64,000 nucleotides of DNA from Bacteroidia bacterium (GTDB lineage Bacteria > Bacteroidota > Bacteroidia > UKL13-3). Made by a program: the position numbers and the translations under genes. The stretch spans positions 147,246-211,245 of the forward strand of contig JAIOYZ010000001.1 of assembly GCA_021740845.1 (NCBI GenBank). Direction: 5' to 3'. Below the pieces are notes generated by a model, which saw only the letters and a program-made list of their open reading frames with translations, was not told where the DNA came from and did no database searches. Positions 53,954 to 63,374 of the stretch are shown piece by piece; positions within the stretch are counted from its first letter, which is position 1; every line of letters begins with the position of its first letter.

Positions 53954-56350
53954 TTGACATATCCTAAAAATATTGAGCAAAAACTTGGGTTCAACCAAGT
54001 AAAAGAATTAGTGCAAGCTCGCTGTCTTTCTCCAATGGGAATGCAGTATATAGACCGTATTCGTTTTGTAAATCGTTTTGATTTACTGGAGAAAATGTTG
54101 CAGCAAACCAAGGAATTTAAAACTTTGTTGCAGGAAGATACTCCTTTTCCAAATGAACATTATTTTGATGTTGGTCCGTGGTTACATAAAGCCAAAATTG
54201 AAGGCGTTTGGCTTCAAGAGGATGAATTGCAACAGATGAAATTGGTATTGCAAACCTTTCTTCAAGTTACTCGATATTTTAGAGAAAGGAATGGGAAATA
54301 CCCTCAGTTAGAATCTTTATTAGAAGGATTAATCATCAATGATTTAATAATTCGTAGAATAGATAGAATCATCGATTTGGAAGGAAATCTGCGTCCAAAT
54401 GCTTCGCCAGATTTGTCTAAAATTTCTTCCAAGATTGCTGAGAAAGAATCGGAGATTAGAAAACGTATTCAAAAGTTATTTGATAAAAATACCGATTTAG
54501 GTTATTTAACGGAACAAATTGGTATTACAATTCGTGAAGGTAGATTGGTATTGCCTGTTTTGGCTGAACATAAGCGCCATGTTCCAGGTTTTGTTCACGA
54601 TGAATCTAATACAGGCCAAACAGTTTATATTGAGCCTTCGGAGTGTTTTGATTTAAATAATATGCTGCGTGAATTGCAAATTGCTTACCGCAGAGAACGC
54701 GAACGTATTTTATTAGAATTAACTGATCAAATCCGACCAGAAATACCAGAACTCGAAAAGAATTTACAGCGCTTAGGTTTGTTTGATTTTATTAGAGCAA
54801 AAGCTTTAACTGCTATTGCTATGAAAGCAGACATGCCTATTTTGAACAAGCACCCAAGTTTAAATTTGGTTAATGCTTACCATCCATTGCTCCGCATGAG
54901 TCATGATAAATTGGGATTGAAAACAGTTCCTTTGTCTATGAGTTTAAACAGAGATAAGCATATTGTGGTTATTTCTGGTCCTAATGCTGGTGGAAAATCT
55001 GTTTGCCTTAAAACAGTTGGTTTGCTACAATATATGTTGCAAACAGGTTTTTTAATTTCTTGTGATAGCCACAGTGAAGTGGGTGTTTACAAAGAAATGA
55101 TGGTAGATATTGGCGACGAGCAAAGTATAGAAAATGATTTGAGTACATATAGTTCTCATCTATTGAGCATGAAAAACTTCTGCGATTTTGCAGATGGTAA
55201 AACCTTGTTTTTAATTGATGAATTTGGAACCGGTACCGACCCGCAATTTGGAGGACCCTTGGCCGAGGCCATTCTTCATCATTTAGCACAAAAGAAGGCT
55301 CAAGGTGTTGTTACAACTCACTTTAGTAATTTAAAGAATTTTGCTGCCAACTATTCGGGTTTGGAAAATGCAAGCATGTTATTTGATCATCAAAACATGC
55401 AACCACTTTATATCTTAGAATTGGGTAAACCCGGTAGTAGTTATGCTTTTGAGCTTGCAGTAAAGAGCGGTTTGAACCAACACATTATCAACTATGCAAA
55501 AAATAAGGTAGGAGATAAACAGCGAAAGGTGGATGACTTATTAGTGGAGTTGGAAAAGGAGAAGAGTCAAGTTAGTGAGCTCAAAGCACGGTTTACAGAA
55601 AAGGAAAATAAGTCGCAACAACTTTTGGTTCAATACGAAAAATTAACCGACGAATTAGAAAAGAACAAACGCCTTTTAATTAAGCAGGCAAAGCAAGAAG
55701 CATTGGCAATTGTAACTGAGGCCAATAGTAGAATTGAAGCCACAATTAGAGAAATAAAAGAAAAGCAAGCCGATTCTGAAGTTCAAAAAAAGGCGCGTAC
55801 CGAAATTAAAGAAGAACTAAAAGAATTGAAAACCTTTGTAGAAAAGGAAAAGGTTTTGGAGTTAGAAACAAAACCGAAAATTTCTGCTGATCAAGAAATC
55901 AAAATTGGTGATTCTGTTAGAGTAATTGGTCAGGAAAATATTGGCGAAGTTATAAGTATACATAAGAACATTGCCAATGTAGCTATGGGTGAATTGCGCT
56001 CAAACATAAACTTAAATAAACTTGAAAAGTTAAGTAAAGCTGAGGTAAAGACTTCACTTAAAAATGCACCTAAAGGCATCGATTTAAATTCTAAGATGCA
56101 GAACTTTACCCATGAGTTAAATATTATAGGAACTAGGGGAGAAGAGGCAATAAGAGCAATGAACGATTTTGTGGATGAGGCAATTTTACTTGGCATTAAA
56201 CAAGTTAGAATTGTTCATGGTAAAGGTTATGGAATCCTAAGAAAATTGGTTAGAGAGCAATTGCAACACAATAAATTTGTTGTGAATTGCCACGATGAGC
56301 ACATAGAATTAGGAGGAGATGGGGTAACTATTGTGAATTTGAGAGTTTAA
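53954..56350 (+). CDS. mutS2: Endonuclease MutS2 (MutS domain plus C-terminal Smr).
   Basis: Walker A GPNAGGKS, coiled-coil linker, and Smr domain at the C-terminus. Confidence 0.92.
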   Translation: MTYPKNIEQKLGFNQVKELVQARCLSPMGMQYIDRIRFVNRFDLLEKMLQQTKEFKTLLQEDTPFPNEHYFDVGPWLHKAKIEGVWLQEDELQQMKLVLQTFLQVTRYFRERNGKYPQLESLLEGLIINDLIIRRIDRIIDLEGNLRPNASPDLSKISSKIAEKESEIRKRIQKLFDKNTDLGYLTEQIGITIREGRLVLPVLAEHKRHVPGFVHDESNTGQTVYIEPSECFDLNNMLRELQIAYRRERERILLELTDQIRPEIPELEKNLQRLGLFDFIRAKALTAIAMKADMPILNKHPSLNLVNAYHPLLRMSHDKLGLKTVPLSMSLNRDKHIVVISGPNAGGKSVCLKTVGLLQYMLQTGFLISCDSHSEVGVYKEMMVDIGDEQSIENDLSTYSSHLLSMKNFCDFADGKTLFLIDEFGTGTDPQFGGPLAEAILHHLAQKKAQGVVTTHFSNLKNFAANYSGLENASMLFDHQNMQPLYILELGKPGSSYAFELAVKSGLNQHIINYAKNKVGDKQRKVDDLLVELEKEKSQVSELKARFTEKENKSQQLLVQYEKLTDELEKNKRLLIKQAKQEALAIVTEANSRIEATIREIKEKQADSEVQKKARTEIKEELKELKTFVEKEKVLELETKPKISADQEIKIGDSVRVIGQENIGEVISIHKNIANVAMGELRSNINLNKLEKLSKAEVKTSLKNAPKGIDLNSKMQNFTHELNIIGTRGEEAIRAMNDFVDEAILLGIKQVRIVHGKGYGILRKLVREQLQHNKFVVNCHDEHIELGGDGVTIVNLRV
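55469..55478 (-). repeat. GGTTCAAACC motif copy (mutS2 CDS, encodes GLNQ).
   Basis: Exact 10-mer. Confidence 0.9.
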
Positions 56351-56848
56351 TTATCCCTTAAGAAGTTCATCAATTTTCTTGATTATCTTATTGCTAGTTG
56401 GTTCTGTTATGGTTAAATAGTAATCAACCAACTCGCCTTTTTTGTTTATTAAGTACTTATGGAAATTCCATTTAGGCGACATGCTTAAGATGCCATTTTC
56501 TGATTTGTTACTTAAGAATTTATATAATGGATCTGCGTCTGAACCTTTTACTTTTATTTTGTTGAAAATTGGAAAGGTATTGTGGTATTTAAGTTCACAG
56601 AAATTTTGTATTTCAGCGCCATTCAAAGGTTCTTGACCTCCAAAATCGTTGCTGGGAAAAGCCAATATTTCAAAATCTTTGCCCGAATACATTTCGTATA
56701 ATTTTTGTAGGGATTTTAATTGAGGAGTATATCCGCATTCACTTGCGGTATTTACAATAAGAAGGACTTTTCCCTTATATTTAGATAAGGAAATATCTTC
56801 TCCTTGGAGATTTTTAACTAGAATTGGATAAACGGTAGGTTTGGTCAT
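56351..56848 (-). CDS. gpx: Glutathione peroxidase (Cys-type).
   Basis: TASECGYT and LAFPSNDFGGQEP signatures. Confidence 0.9.
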   Translation of the reverse strand: MTKPTVYPILVKNLQGEDISLSKYKGKVLLIVNTASECGYTPQLKSLQKLYEMYSGKDFEILAFPSNDFGGQEPLNGAEIQNFCELKYHNTFPIFNKIKVKGSDADPLYKFLSNKSENGILSMSPKWNFHKYLINKKGELVDYYLTITEPTSNKIIKKIDELLKG

Positions 56849-57011
56849 GTATTGGCAACATACCTGTTGCTGTTTTGTTTGCGATTAAAATTGTATTTGT
56901 TAATTGGGTTCAAGAAATAAAATTACTTTAATTTTTGTGTTTTATTTTTTATTCTTTGATACAATCAGTAAGATTGCAGACTTACCTAATAGGAAAAGGC
57001 AAATATATAGG

Positions 57012-57395
57012 ATGAAAGAAAACACTAAAATTATTATTATAGACGACGATAATGTTACCGTTTTTTTAAGCAGGCGTATACTATTTAATTTTGATCCTTC
57101 TTTTGAGTTTTCTTCCTTTTTGTCTGGTTTAGAAGCAATTGATTTTGTTAGAAACAATTATTTAGATAAGAATACCATAATATTGTTAGACATCAATATG
57201 CCAGATTATTCTGGGTGGGATTTCTTAAATGATTTTATGTTAATCGAATCTACTTGTCATGTGTTTATGTTTACCTCAAGTATTGATTTGGTTGATTTGG
57301 AAAAATCTAGAACATACAGCAAGGTAAAAGGCTTTATTTCTAAGCCATTAACTCCCGATAAAATTCAAAAAATTATTTCAGAATCTATTGGTTAA
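57012..57395 (+). CDS. Stand-alone response-regulator receiver domain protein.
   Basis: DDD acidic pocket and ILLDINMP phospho-acceptor. Start moved to the ATG at 57012. Confidence 0.75.
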   Translation: MKENTKIIIIDDDNVTVFLSRRILFNFDPSFEFSSFLSGLEAIDFVRNNYLDKNTIILLDINMPDYSGWDFLNDFMLIESTCHVFMFTSSIDLVDLEKSRTYSKVKGFISKPLTPDKIQKIISESIG

Positions 57396-57498
57396 TAGAT
57401 TTTTAAAACAGCAAGCTGAGCTTCCATAAAATAATATTTGTATATACATATAATGTTTGTACATTTGTCCTCGAATTAAACAAAATAATATTTCAAAT

Positions 57499-58029
57499 AT
57501 GAGCACAAAATGGACAATCGATCCGATGCATTCGGAAATCGAATTTAAAGTGAAGCATTTAATGATTTCTACTGTAACAGGTAAGTTTACAAGTTTTACT
57601 GCAGAAGCAGAAACAGAAAACGATGAGTTTACAAATGCAAATATTTCTTTTTCAGCTGATGTAAACTCAATTACAACTGGTAACGAACAAAGAGATGGAC
57701 ATTTAAAAAGTGATGATTTCTTTAATGTTGAACAATTTCCAGCATTAACCTTTAAGTCAACACATTTAAGCAAAGATGCAAACGGTGCAATTACTTTAAC
57801 TGGTGATTTAACCATTAGAGATATTACCAAATCTGTAGTGTTAACAGGTGAGTTCAACGGTTTAATGACAGATTTTTATGGTAATGTAAAGGCTGGTTTT
57901 GAATTGGCAGGAAAATTAAATCGTAAAGATTATAACCTTAAGTGGACCGCAACAACAGAAGCAGGTGGAGTTGTAGTGAGTGATGAAGTAAAGTTGATTT
58001 GTAACATACAAATGACTAAAGTTGCCTAA
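57499..58029 (+). CDS. yceI: YceI-family polyisoprenoid-binding protein.
   Basis: MSTKWTIDPMHSEIEFKVKHLMISTVTGKF... beta-barrel signature. Confidence 0.85.
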   Translation: MSTKWTIDPMHSEIEFKVKHLMISTVTGKFTSFTAEAETENDEFTNANISFSADVNSITTGNEQRDGHLKSDDFFNVEQFPALTFKSTHLSKDANGAITLTGDLTIRDITKSVVLTGEFNGLMTDFYGNVKAGFELAGKLNRKDYNLKWTATTEAGGVVVSDEVKLICNIQMTKVA

Positions 58030-58041
58030 AATTATTTTGGG

Positions 58042-58440
58042 ATGAAAAAGGATATTAAGTATTCAAAAGTATTGAAGGCTGCATTTATGGGCGGCTTAAT
58101 TGCAGCAGGTTTAAATGTGGCTTGGCTTTATATTTTGGAGTTTGCCGTTAATATTCAAGGATTGCCAAAAGGATTTACAGTGGCAGTTGTAATTTCATCC
58201 ATTCTTCCTTTATTAGTTGGAGCTTTGGTTTATGGGTTCTTAATAAAGAGTTTCTTAAAAGGCCAAATGCTATTCTATATTTTAAGTGTAGCTTTTGCCG
58301 TTTTTAGTTTGTTCCCTTCCTTTCAAGAAATATTACCCGATGGAAATGTGGCTCCAGCAAATTTTGCTTTGCTTACTGTTCCAATGCATTTAATTGCTGC
58401 AGTTGTTGGCGTTTATTTCATTGTAAAAAAGAGCGACTAA
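58042..58440 (+). CDS. Hypothetical 4-TM membrane protein.
   Basis: Hydrophobic helices; no recognisable motif. Confidence 0.5.
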   Translation: MKKDIKYSKVLKAAFMGGLIAAGLNVAWLYILEFAVNIQGLPKGFTVAVVISSILPLLVGALVYGFLIKSFLKGQMLFYILSVAFAVFSLFPSFQEILPDGNVAPANFALLTVPMHLIAAVVGVYFIVKKSD

Positions 58441-58486
58441 GTATTTATTTGGTTTGAAATAATTTCTAATTTCATTAAAATGCATC

Positions 58487-58918
58487 ATGAGCGAAACCAT
58501 TAAAAAATATAGTAATTCAGATATTACCATACAGTGGCAACCCGAGAAATGCATCCATTCAACTTTATGTTGGAAAGGATTGGTTCAAGTATTCAATCCT
58601 CGCGAAAAACCATGGGTGAAAATGGATGGAGCCAGCACAGAAGAAATTAGGGAGCAGGTAAAAAAATGTCCAAGTGGTGCTTTGAGCTTTCAAAATAATA
58701 TACAAGAGGTTCGGTTTGAACCAAACGCGGTTGAAAGTGAAATTAGCATTGTGGTTACTGAAAATGGTCCATTATTGGTTCAAGGCAAAAGCTTAATTAA
58801 AGAAACAAATGGAACTGTTCACGTAAAAGAAAATACAACTGCCTTATGCAGATGCGGCGCTTCAAGCAATAAACCTTTTTGTGATGGCACACACCGTAAA
58901 ATTAATTTTAAAGGATAA
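58487..58918 (+). CDS. Iron-sulfur protein: N-terminal divergent 4Fe-4S mono-cluster domain plus C-terminal CDGSH zinc-finger (mitoNEET-like).
   Basis: CRCGASSNKPFCDGTH CDGSH signature. N-terminal CxH..C cluster. Confidence 0.75.
   Translation: MSETIKKYSNSDITIQWQPEKCIHSTLCWKGLVQVFNPREKPWVKMDGASTEEIREQVKKCPSGALSFQNNIQEVRFEPNAVESEISIVVTENGPLLVQGKSLIKETNGTVHVKENTTALCRCGASSNKPFCDGTHRKINFKG
58713..58722 (-). repeat. GGTTCAAACC motif copy (CDGSH protein CDS, encodes RFEPN).
   Basis: Exact 10-mer. Confidence 0.9.
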
Positions 58919-58919
58919 A

Positions 58920-59603
58920 TTGAAACAGGCTGCATTTGTAAGCCTGTTTCTTTTAATGAGTTTTTCAATGCAAGCAAAAGATAGCATTTTATATGTGTTT
59001 GATCCAATGTGTGGCTGGTGTTATGGTTTTTCTAATATCATAAAACAAGCCTCTCACGAGTATCAAAATGATTTTGAATTTTCCATCCTCAGTGGCGGAA
59101 TGGTAGTAGGAGAACGTGAAGGTCCTATTGGAGATTTTGCAGATTATATACTAGGCGCTTACAAACGTGTGGAAGACTTATCTGGCGCCACTTTTGGTGA
59201 ACCCTATTTAAATCAACTCAAAACAAAATCTATTCATACTTCTTCAGTAATTCCTTCAATTGCATTGGAGGTTTTTAAGTCGTACCAGCCTCAATTGGCA
59301 ATTTCTTTTGCCAGCGATTTGCAGAAAGCATATTATTTAGAGGGTTTAGATTTAAGGCAAGATTCAGTTTATATTGGTTTGATCCAAAAATACAATTTGC
59401 CAGAAAGTGAGTTTTTAGAAAAACTTCATAGCGAAGAGTTCAAAGAAAAGGCTTTCGCAGGATTTCAAGAAAGCGCTCAAATGGGCGTTCAAGGATATCC
59501 AGCGGTAATTGGTATTAAAAATGGTAAGTATTATATGCTAAGCAATGGGTTTACCGATTATAAAAACTTAACTTCACTTTTAGAAAAATTAAAATCGCTG
59601 TAA
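58920..59603 (+). CDS. DsbA-like thioredoxin-fold oxidoreductase (CGWC active site), secreted.
   Basis: Signal peptide MKQAAFVSLFLLMSFSMQA is used if translation starts at TTG 58920. Alternative ATG 58884 overlaps the upstream gene. Confidence 0.65.
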   Translation: MKQAAFVSLFLLMSFSMQAKDSILYVFDPMCGWCYGFSNIIKQASHEYQNDFEFSILSGGMVVGEREGPIGDFADYILGAYKRVEDLSGATFGEPYLNQLKTKSIHTSSVIPSIALEVFKSYQPQLAISFASDLQKAYYLEGLDLRQDSVYIGLIQKYNLPESEFLEKLHSEEFKEKAFAGFQESAQMGVQGYPAVIGIKNGKYYMLSNGFTDYKNLTSLLEKLKSL

Positions 59604-60472
59604 TGGATCGTAAGTCTTTTATAAAGGCTAGTATGCTAATCCCTTTTTTAGGTATGGAAATCAAAGATTTTGAGGAGGCATTAGGCGAAAATGCCTTAAT
59701 GGAGAAAATGCCTGTTTTGTTTGTAGGTCATGGAAACCCCATGAATGCGATTATGCCCAACGAATACAGCAAAAAATGGAAAGCAATAGGAGAACAACTT
59801 CCAACTCCCAAAGCTATTTTATGTGTTTCTGCGCATTGGCAAACCAGAGGCACACAAGTAACAGCAATGCCTCAACCCAAAACCATCCACGATTTTGGGG
59901 GCTTTCCAAAATCACTTTTTGAGGTGGAGTATCCAGCACCTGGAATTTCTTCTGCTTTAGCCCAAAAAACAATAGAGGCAATTAAAGAAGTGCATGTTAC
60001 CAAAGACTTTGAATGGGGCCTCGACCATGGTTGTTGGAGTGTTTTAAAACCTATGTTCCCTAAAGCTAATATTCCTACTTTTCAATTGAGTTTGGATTAT
60101 TTGTCCAAACCAGAAACGCATTTCAAAATTGGGATGCAATTGCAATCCTTGAGGCAAAAAGGAGTGTTGATAATTGGTAGCGGAAACCTAGTTCATAATT
60201 TAGGTAAATTGAGTCATGAGAATAAACCTCATGATTGGGCTATTGAATTTGATGAGCTAGCCAAAAATAAGATTCTTGAAGGAAATTTCGCGTCATTGGT
60301 TGGTTACAAAGGTTTAGGTAAGGCAGCGTCACTTTCAATTCCTACAAACGAACATTATCTTCCTTTGCTGTATACACTTGCCTTAAAACAAAGTTCCGAC
60401 TCTTTACAATTTTTTAATGAAAGCATCGATATGGGGTCAATCTCCATGCGTAGCTTACTTATTGGAGCATAA
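59603..60472 (+). CDS. LigB-type extradiol ring-cleavage dioxygenase (YgiD / 4,5-DOPA dioxygenase-like).
   Basis: LFVGHGNPMN and SAHW motifs. The true start may be the internal Met (about 59699). Confidence 0.8.
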   Translation: MDRKSFIKASMLIPFLGMEIKDFEEALGENALMEKMPVLFVGHGNPMNAIMPNEYSKKWKAIGEQLPTPKAILCVSAHWQTRGTQVTAMPQPKTIHDFGGFPKSLFEVEYPAPGISSALAQKTIEAIKEVHVTKDFEWGLDHGCWSVLKPMFPKANIPTFQLSLDYLSKPETHFKIGMQLQSLRQKGVLIIGSGNLVHNLGKLSHENKPHDWAIEFDELAKNKILEGNFASLVGYKGLGKAASLSIPTNEHYLPLLYTLALKQSSDSLQFFNESIDMGSISMRSLLIGA

Positions 60473-60552
60473 AGTCCAATTTTTAAAACCTTCTTTTAAA
60501 ATCGTGAATAAAAAGTAGTTCGTGTTTAACCTCTGAAAATTACTTTTGTGAT

Positions 60553-61947
60553 GTGTATGCAATTGTAGATATAGAAACCACTGGTGGCCATGCCATGCAA
60601 AATAGAATCACAGAGATTTCTATTTTTGTTCATGATGGTCAAAAAATCATTGATCACTTTGAGTCTTTGGTTCACCCAGAAATGACCATACCTCCCTATA
60701 TACAAGCCTTTACTGGAATTAGTAATGAGATGGTGGCAAATGCCCCACATTTTTCAGGCATTGCAGAAAAGGTATTTAAACTCTTGGATGGAAATATTTT
60801 CATTGCTCATAATGTAAATTTCGACCATAGTTTTATCAAACACCAATTGCAGGAATCTGGTTATGATTTGCAAGTGAAAAAACTATGTACCGTTCGCTTA
60901 AGTAGAAAAATTGTTCCTGGTCACCGTTCTTATAGCTTAGGGAATATATGTGCAGCACTTCATATCCAATTAGAAAACAGACACCGCGCTGGTGGTGATG
61001 CATTAGCCACTGTAAAATTATTTGAATACCTAATTGCTCACGATACAGAAAACCACATCGACGATTCCTTAAAACGTGGTTCTAAAGAACAAGTGCTTCC
61101 TCCCAATGTTAGCAAAAGCGATTTTGAAAAATTACCTAAATCGCCCGGCGTTTATTATTTTGTAAACGATAAAGGTTTGGCCGTTTATGTAGGTAAAGCC
61201 AAAAATATTAGAACTAGGGTAGGCACTCATTTTAGCGGCGATTTAAAAGGAAAGCAAAAGCAAAATTTCATGCGTGATGTGCATGGGTTCAGCCATACCC
61301 AAACTGGTAATGAACTTTTGGCCATTCTTCTGGAGAGTCATGAAATTCGCAGGCTTTGGCCAGATGAAAATAGAGCGCAAAAAAAGGTGCAGCAGGTATA
61401 TGGCTTGTTTGATTATTTGGATCAAAACAACAAAATACGTTTTGGAATTGAAAAGGTAAGAAAAGACCAAAAGCCATTGGTTGCATTTTCTACACATGCT
61501 GCCGCATTGCAATACCTCAATGAATTAATTAACGAGTATGGCTTATGTCCTAAACTTTGCAATTCGCAAACCAATAAAGCAGATTGCATTCAGGTGCAAC
61601 ACAATATTTGTGATGGATATTGCTTGGTAGCAGAAAATGTAGCAGCCTATAACGCCAAAGCCCAAAGTTTCTTTGATTTTTTAACATCAGAAAGAAAGGC
61701 TTACTTCATCGTTGGTAAAGGTCGTAATTACAAAGAACAGGCGGTTATTATTTATGAACCTGGAAATTATATCGGTTATATTTTTGTTTCTTTAAAAGAG
61801 CAAATAGATTTCGACCATGTGAAAGAAAATGCTACACCATTAAAATTAAATAGTTTAATGGAAACCGTTTTAGCACAAATAGTAAATGGCGAAAAAAGCA
61901 AAGGCTATAAGGTATATACTCAAATGAAAATGGCTGTAGAGATTTAG
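60553..61947 (+). CDS. Fusion of a DEDDh 3'-5' exonuclease (DnaQ epsilon-like) domain and a GIY-YIG nuclease domain.
   Basis: Exo I motif DIETTG; GIY-YIG motif GVYYF...GLAVYVGKAKNIRTRV. GTG start. Confidence 0.8.
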   Translation: MYAIVDIETTGGHAMQNRITEISIFVHDGQKIIDHFESLVHPEMTIPPYIQAFTGISNEMVANAPHFSGIAEKVFKLLDGNIFIAHNVNFDHSFIKHQLQESGYDLQVKKLCTVRLSRKIVPGHRSYSLGNICAALHIQLENRHRAGGDALATVKLFEYLIAHDTENHIDDSLKRGSKEQVLPPNVSKSDFEKLPKSPGVYYFVNDKGLAVYVGKAKNIRTRVGTHFSGDLKGKQKQNFMRDVHGFSHTQTGNELLAILLESHEIRRLWPDENRAQKKVQQVYGLFDYLDQNNKIRFGIEKVRKDQKPLVAFSTHAAALQYLNELINEYGLCPKLCNSQTNKADCIQVQHNICDGYCLVAENVAAYNAKAQSFFDFLTSERKAYFIVGKGRNYKEQAVIIYEPGNYIGYIFVSLKEQIDFDHVKENATPLKLNSLMETVLAQIVNGEKSKGYKVYTQMKMAVEI

Positions 61948-61992
61948 GTTTCTAGGAAATAATATTTCTTAGAAGGGTTTAATCGTTTATGT

Positions 61993-62020
61993 GTTTGTAG
62001 GTTTGAAAGTTTGTAGGTTT
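61993..62020 (+). repeat. Direct repeat GTTTGTAGGTTT x2 (4-nt spacer) in a convergent intergenic region.
   Basis: Copies at 61993..62004 and 62009..62020. Confidence 0.7.
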
Positions 62021-62115
62021 AATTTATTCCTACCTAATCCGCGAACTCGGCTTTCCTTTGCGAACTCCGCGCGAATGGGTAAATAACCATGGAAGCAAAA
62101 TTAAGACCAATGTCC

Positions 62116-62150
62116 AAAGACTAAAGACTAAAGACTAAAGCCCAAAGACC
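62116..62150 (+). repeat. Tandem heptamer (AAAGACT)3 followed by two degenerate copies (AAAGCCC, AAAGACC).
   Basis: caaagactaaagactaaagactaaagcccaaagacc. Confidence 0.8.
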
Positions 62151-62196
62151 AATCCTCCTAGCTAAAGCTTCGGTGGATAAGACCAAAGACCTTCTT

Positions 62197-62829
62197 CTAA
62201 AACAAATACCCAACTTTAATACCTGTCCTAATTCCAAACCCATTTGTATATGGATTAATTTCAAAAGAGCCAGTTAAATCTTTTCCTACAGGCTTGTTTG
62301 GTTCAGACCGATAATTAGTTGGAAAACTTAAGCAAGCGCCAACGAAAGCATCAATTAAAAATTTATTTCTAAATGTTTTTTGGTAGCCAAATACGTATCC
62401 TAAACTAATTCCGCTTAGGTTTTCTTTATAAATTACAACCTTGTTTTGTGTTGAAGAATCCTGAATATAATAGTTGTTTTTGAAATTGCTATATCTCGCA
62501 AAATATTGGTGGTAAGAGCCATTCCATTTTTCATTCTTTTTTCGATATTTCCTGAAATCCAAAATATATTGAAACCCTTTAATAACAAATGGTTTGGTGT
62601 TGTTTTCATCTATGCCTAAATGAGTATAGACCAAACCGTTTTGTATGCTCCATTTTTCTGAAATAGGAGTTTCTAAACTTAGGTTCAAACTGGCCAAAAA
62701 CGGACTAAGGACATTTACTTTGAGTGCGTAATTTTTGGGTGGTTCTTTTAGTAGCAAAGTTTTATTGGTTTGAGCCAAAAGTTGACTCAAAGAAATGAAG
62801 AAGAAAAAAAGCAGAATCGGTTTTTTCAT
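62197..62829 (-). CDS. Small secreted OM beta-barrel-like protein.
   Basis: Signal peptide, alternating strands, C-terminal aromatic. Confidence 0.55.
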   Translation of the reverse strand: MKKPILLFFFFISLSQLLAQTNKTLLLKEPPKNYALKVNVLSPFLASLNLSLETPISEKWSIQNGLVYTHLGIDENNTKPFVIKGFQYILDFRKYRKKNEKWNGSYHQYFARYSNFKNNYYIQDSSTQNKVVIYKENLSGISLGYVFGYQKTFRNKFLIDAFVGACLSFPTNYRSEPNKPVGKDLTGSFEINPYTNGFGIRTGIKVGYLF

Positions 62830-63374
62830 TAGTTAAATCGATAGCCTAAATTTATTCCAAATCTACCCCAAATTCCATTGATTGGTCCCATCCAATCTGC
62901 TACTCTTGCCGAACTTTTTGTTCCTTCTTTTACTAGGCCAAAATTATAGCTTGGTCCTATAAAAACTTCGGTAGAAATGCGTTCAAAGAATGTCCATTTT
63001 CTCCCAAGAACCAAGCCAACACTACTTGTATTATAACGACTATGCGTTCCAAATTCCTCTGTATATTGGAATTTTAAAAAGGGTTCTACATAAAAACTCT
63101 TTGGTTTTTCTGGACTAAAATAATCTCTAAATCCTGCACCTATTACAAATCCTTTTATTTGGCCAGCATATAAAAAATCAAATCCATTTACCCATAAGTT
63201 TACCGAGGTTTCTGGGCTAGTATATTTTTCGTAGGAAAAGGATATAGAACCTAGTCCTAATGAAATTGGATTCCATTTAATTTCTTTGGTATAGGCAAAT
63301 GGTTTTTCTCTTAGTTCTGTTTGAGCCAAAATTACTTGCGGTAATAGAAATAAAATGAAAATCAAGGGTTTCAT
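62829..63374 (-). CDS. Small secreted OM beta-barrel-like protein, paralogous to 62197..62829.
   Basis: Same organisation as its neighbour. Stop overlaps the neighbour's start by 1 nt; its own start overlaps fmt. Confidence 0.55.
   Translation of the reverse strand: MKPLIFILFLLPQVILAQTELREKPFAYTKEIKWNPISLGLGSISFSYEKYTSPETSVNLWVNGFDFLYAGQIKGFVIGAGFRDYFSPEKPKSFYVEPFLKFQYTEEFGTHSRYNTSSVGLVLGRKWTFFERISTEVFIGPSYNFGLVKEGTKSSARVADWMGPINGIWGRFGINLGYRFN

Noticed and set aside
56351-59603. Selenoprotein candidates (gpx, DsbA-like CGWC protein, CDGSH protein) prompted by the presence of selD
   Set aside because: All redox-active positions are encoded by Cys codons. No in-frame TGA splits any ORF in this block.
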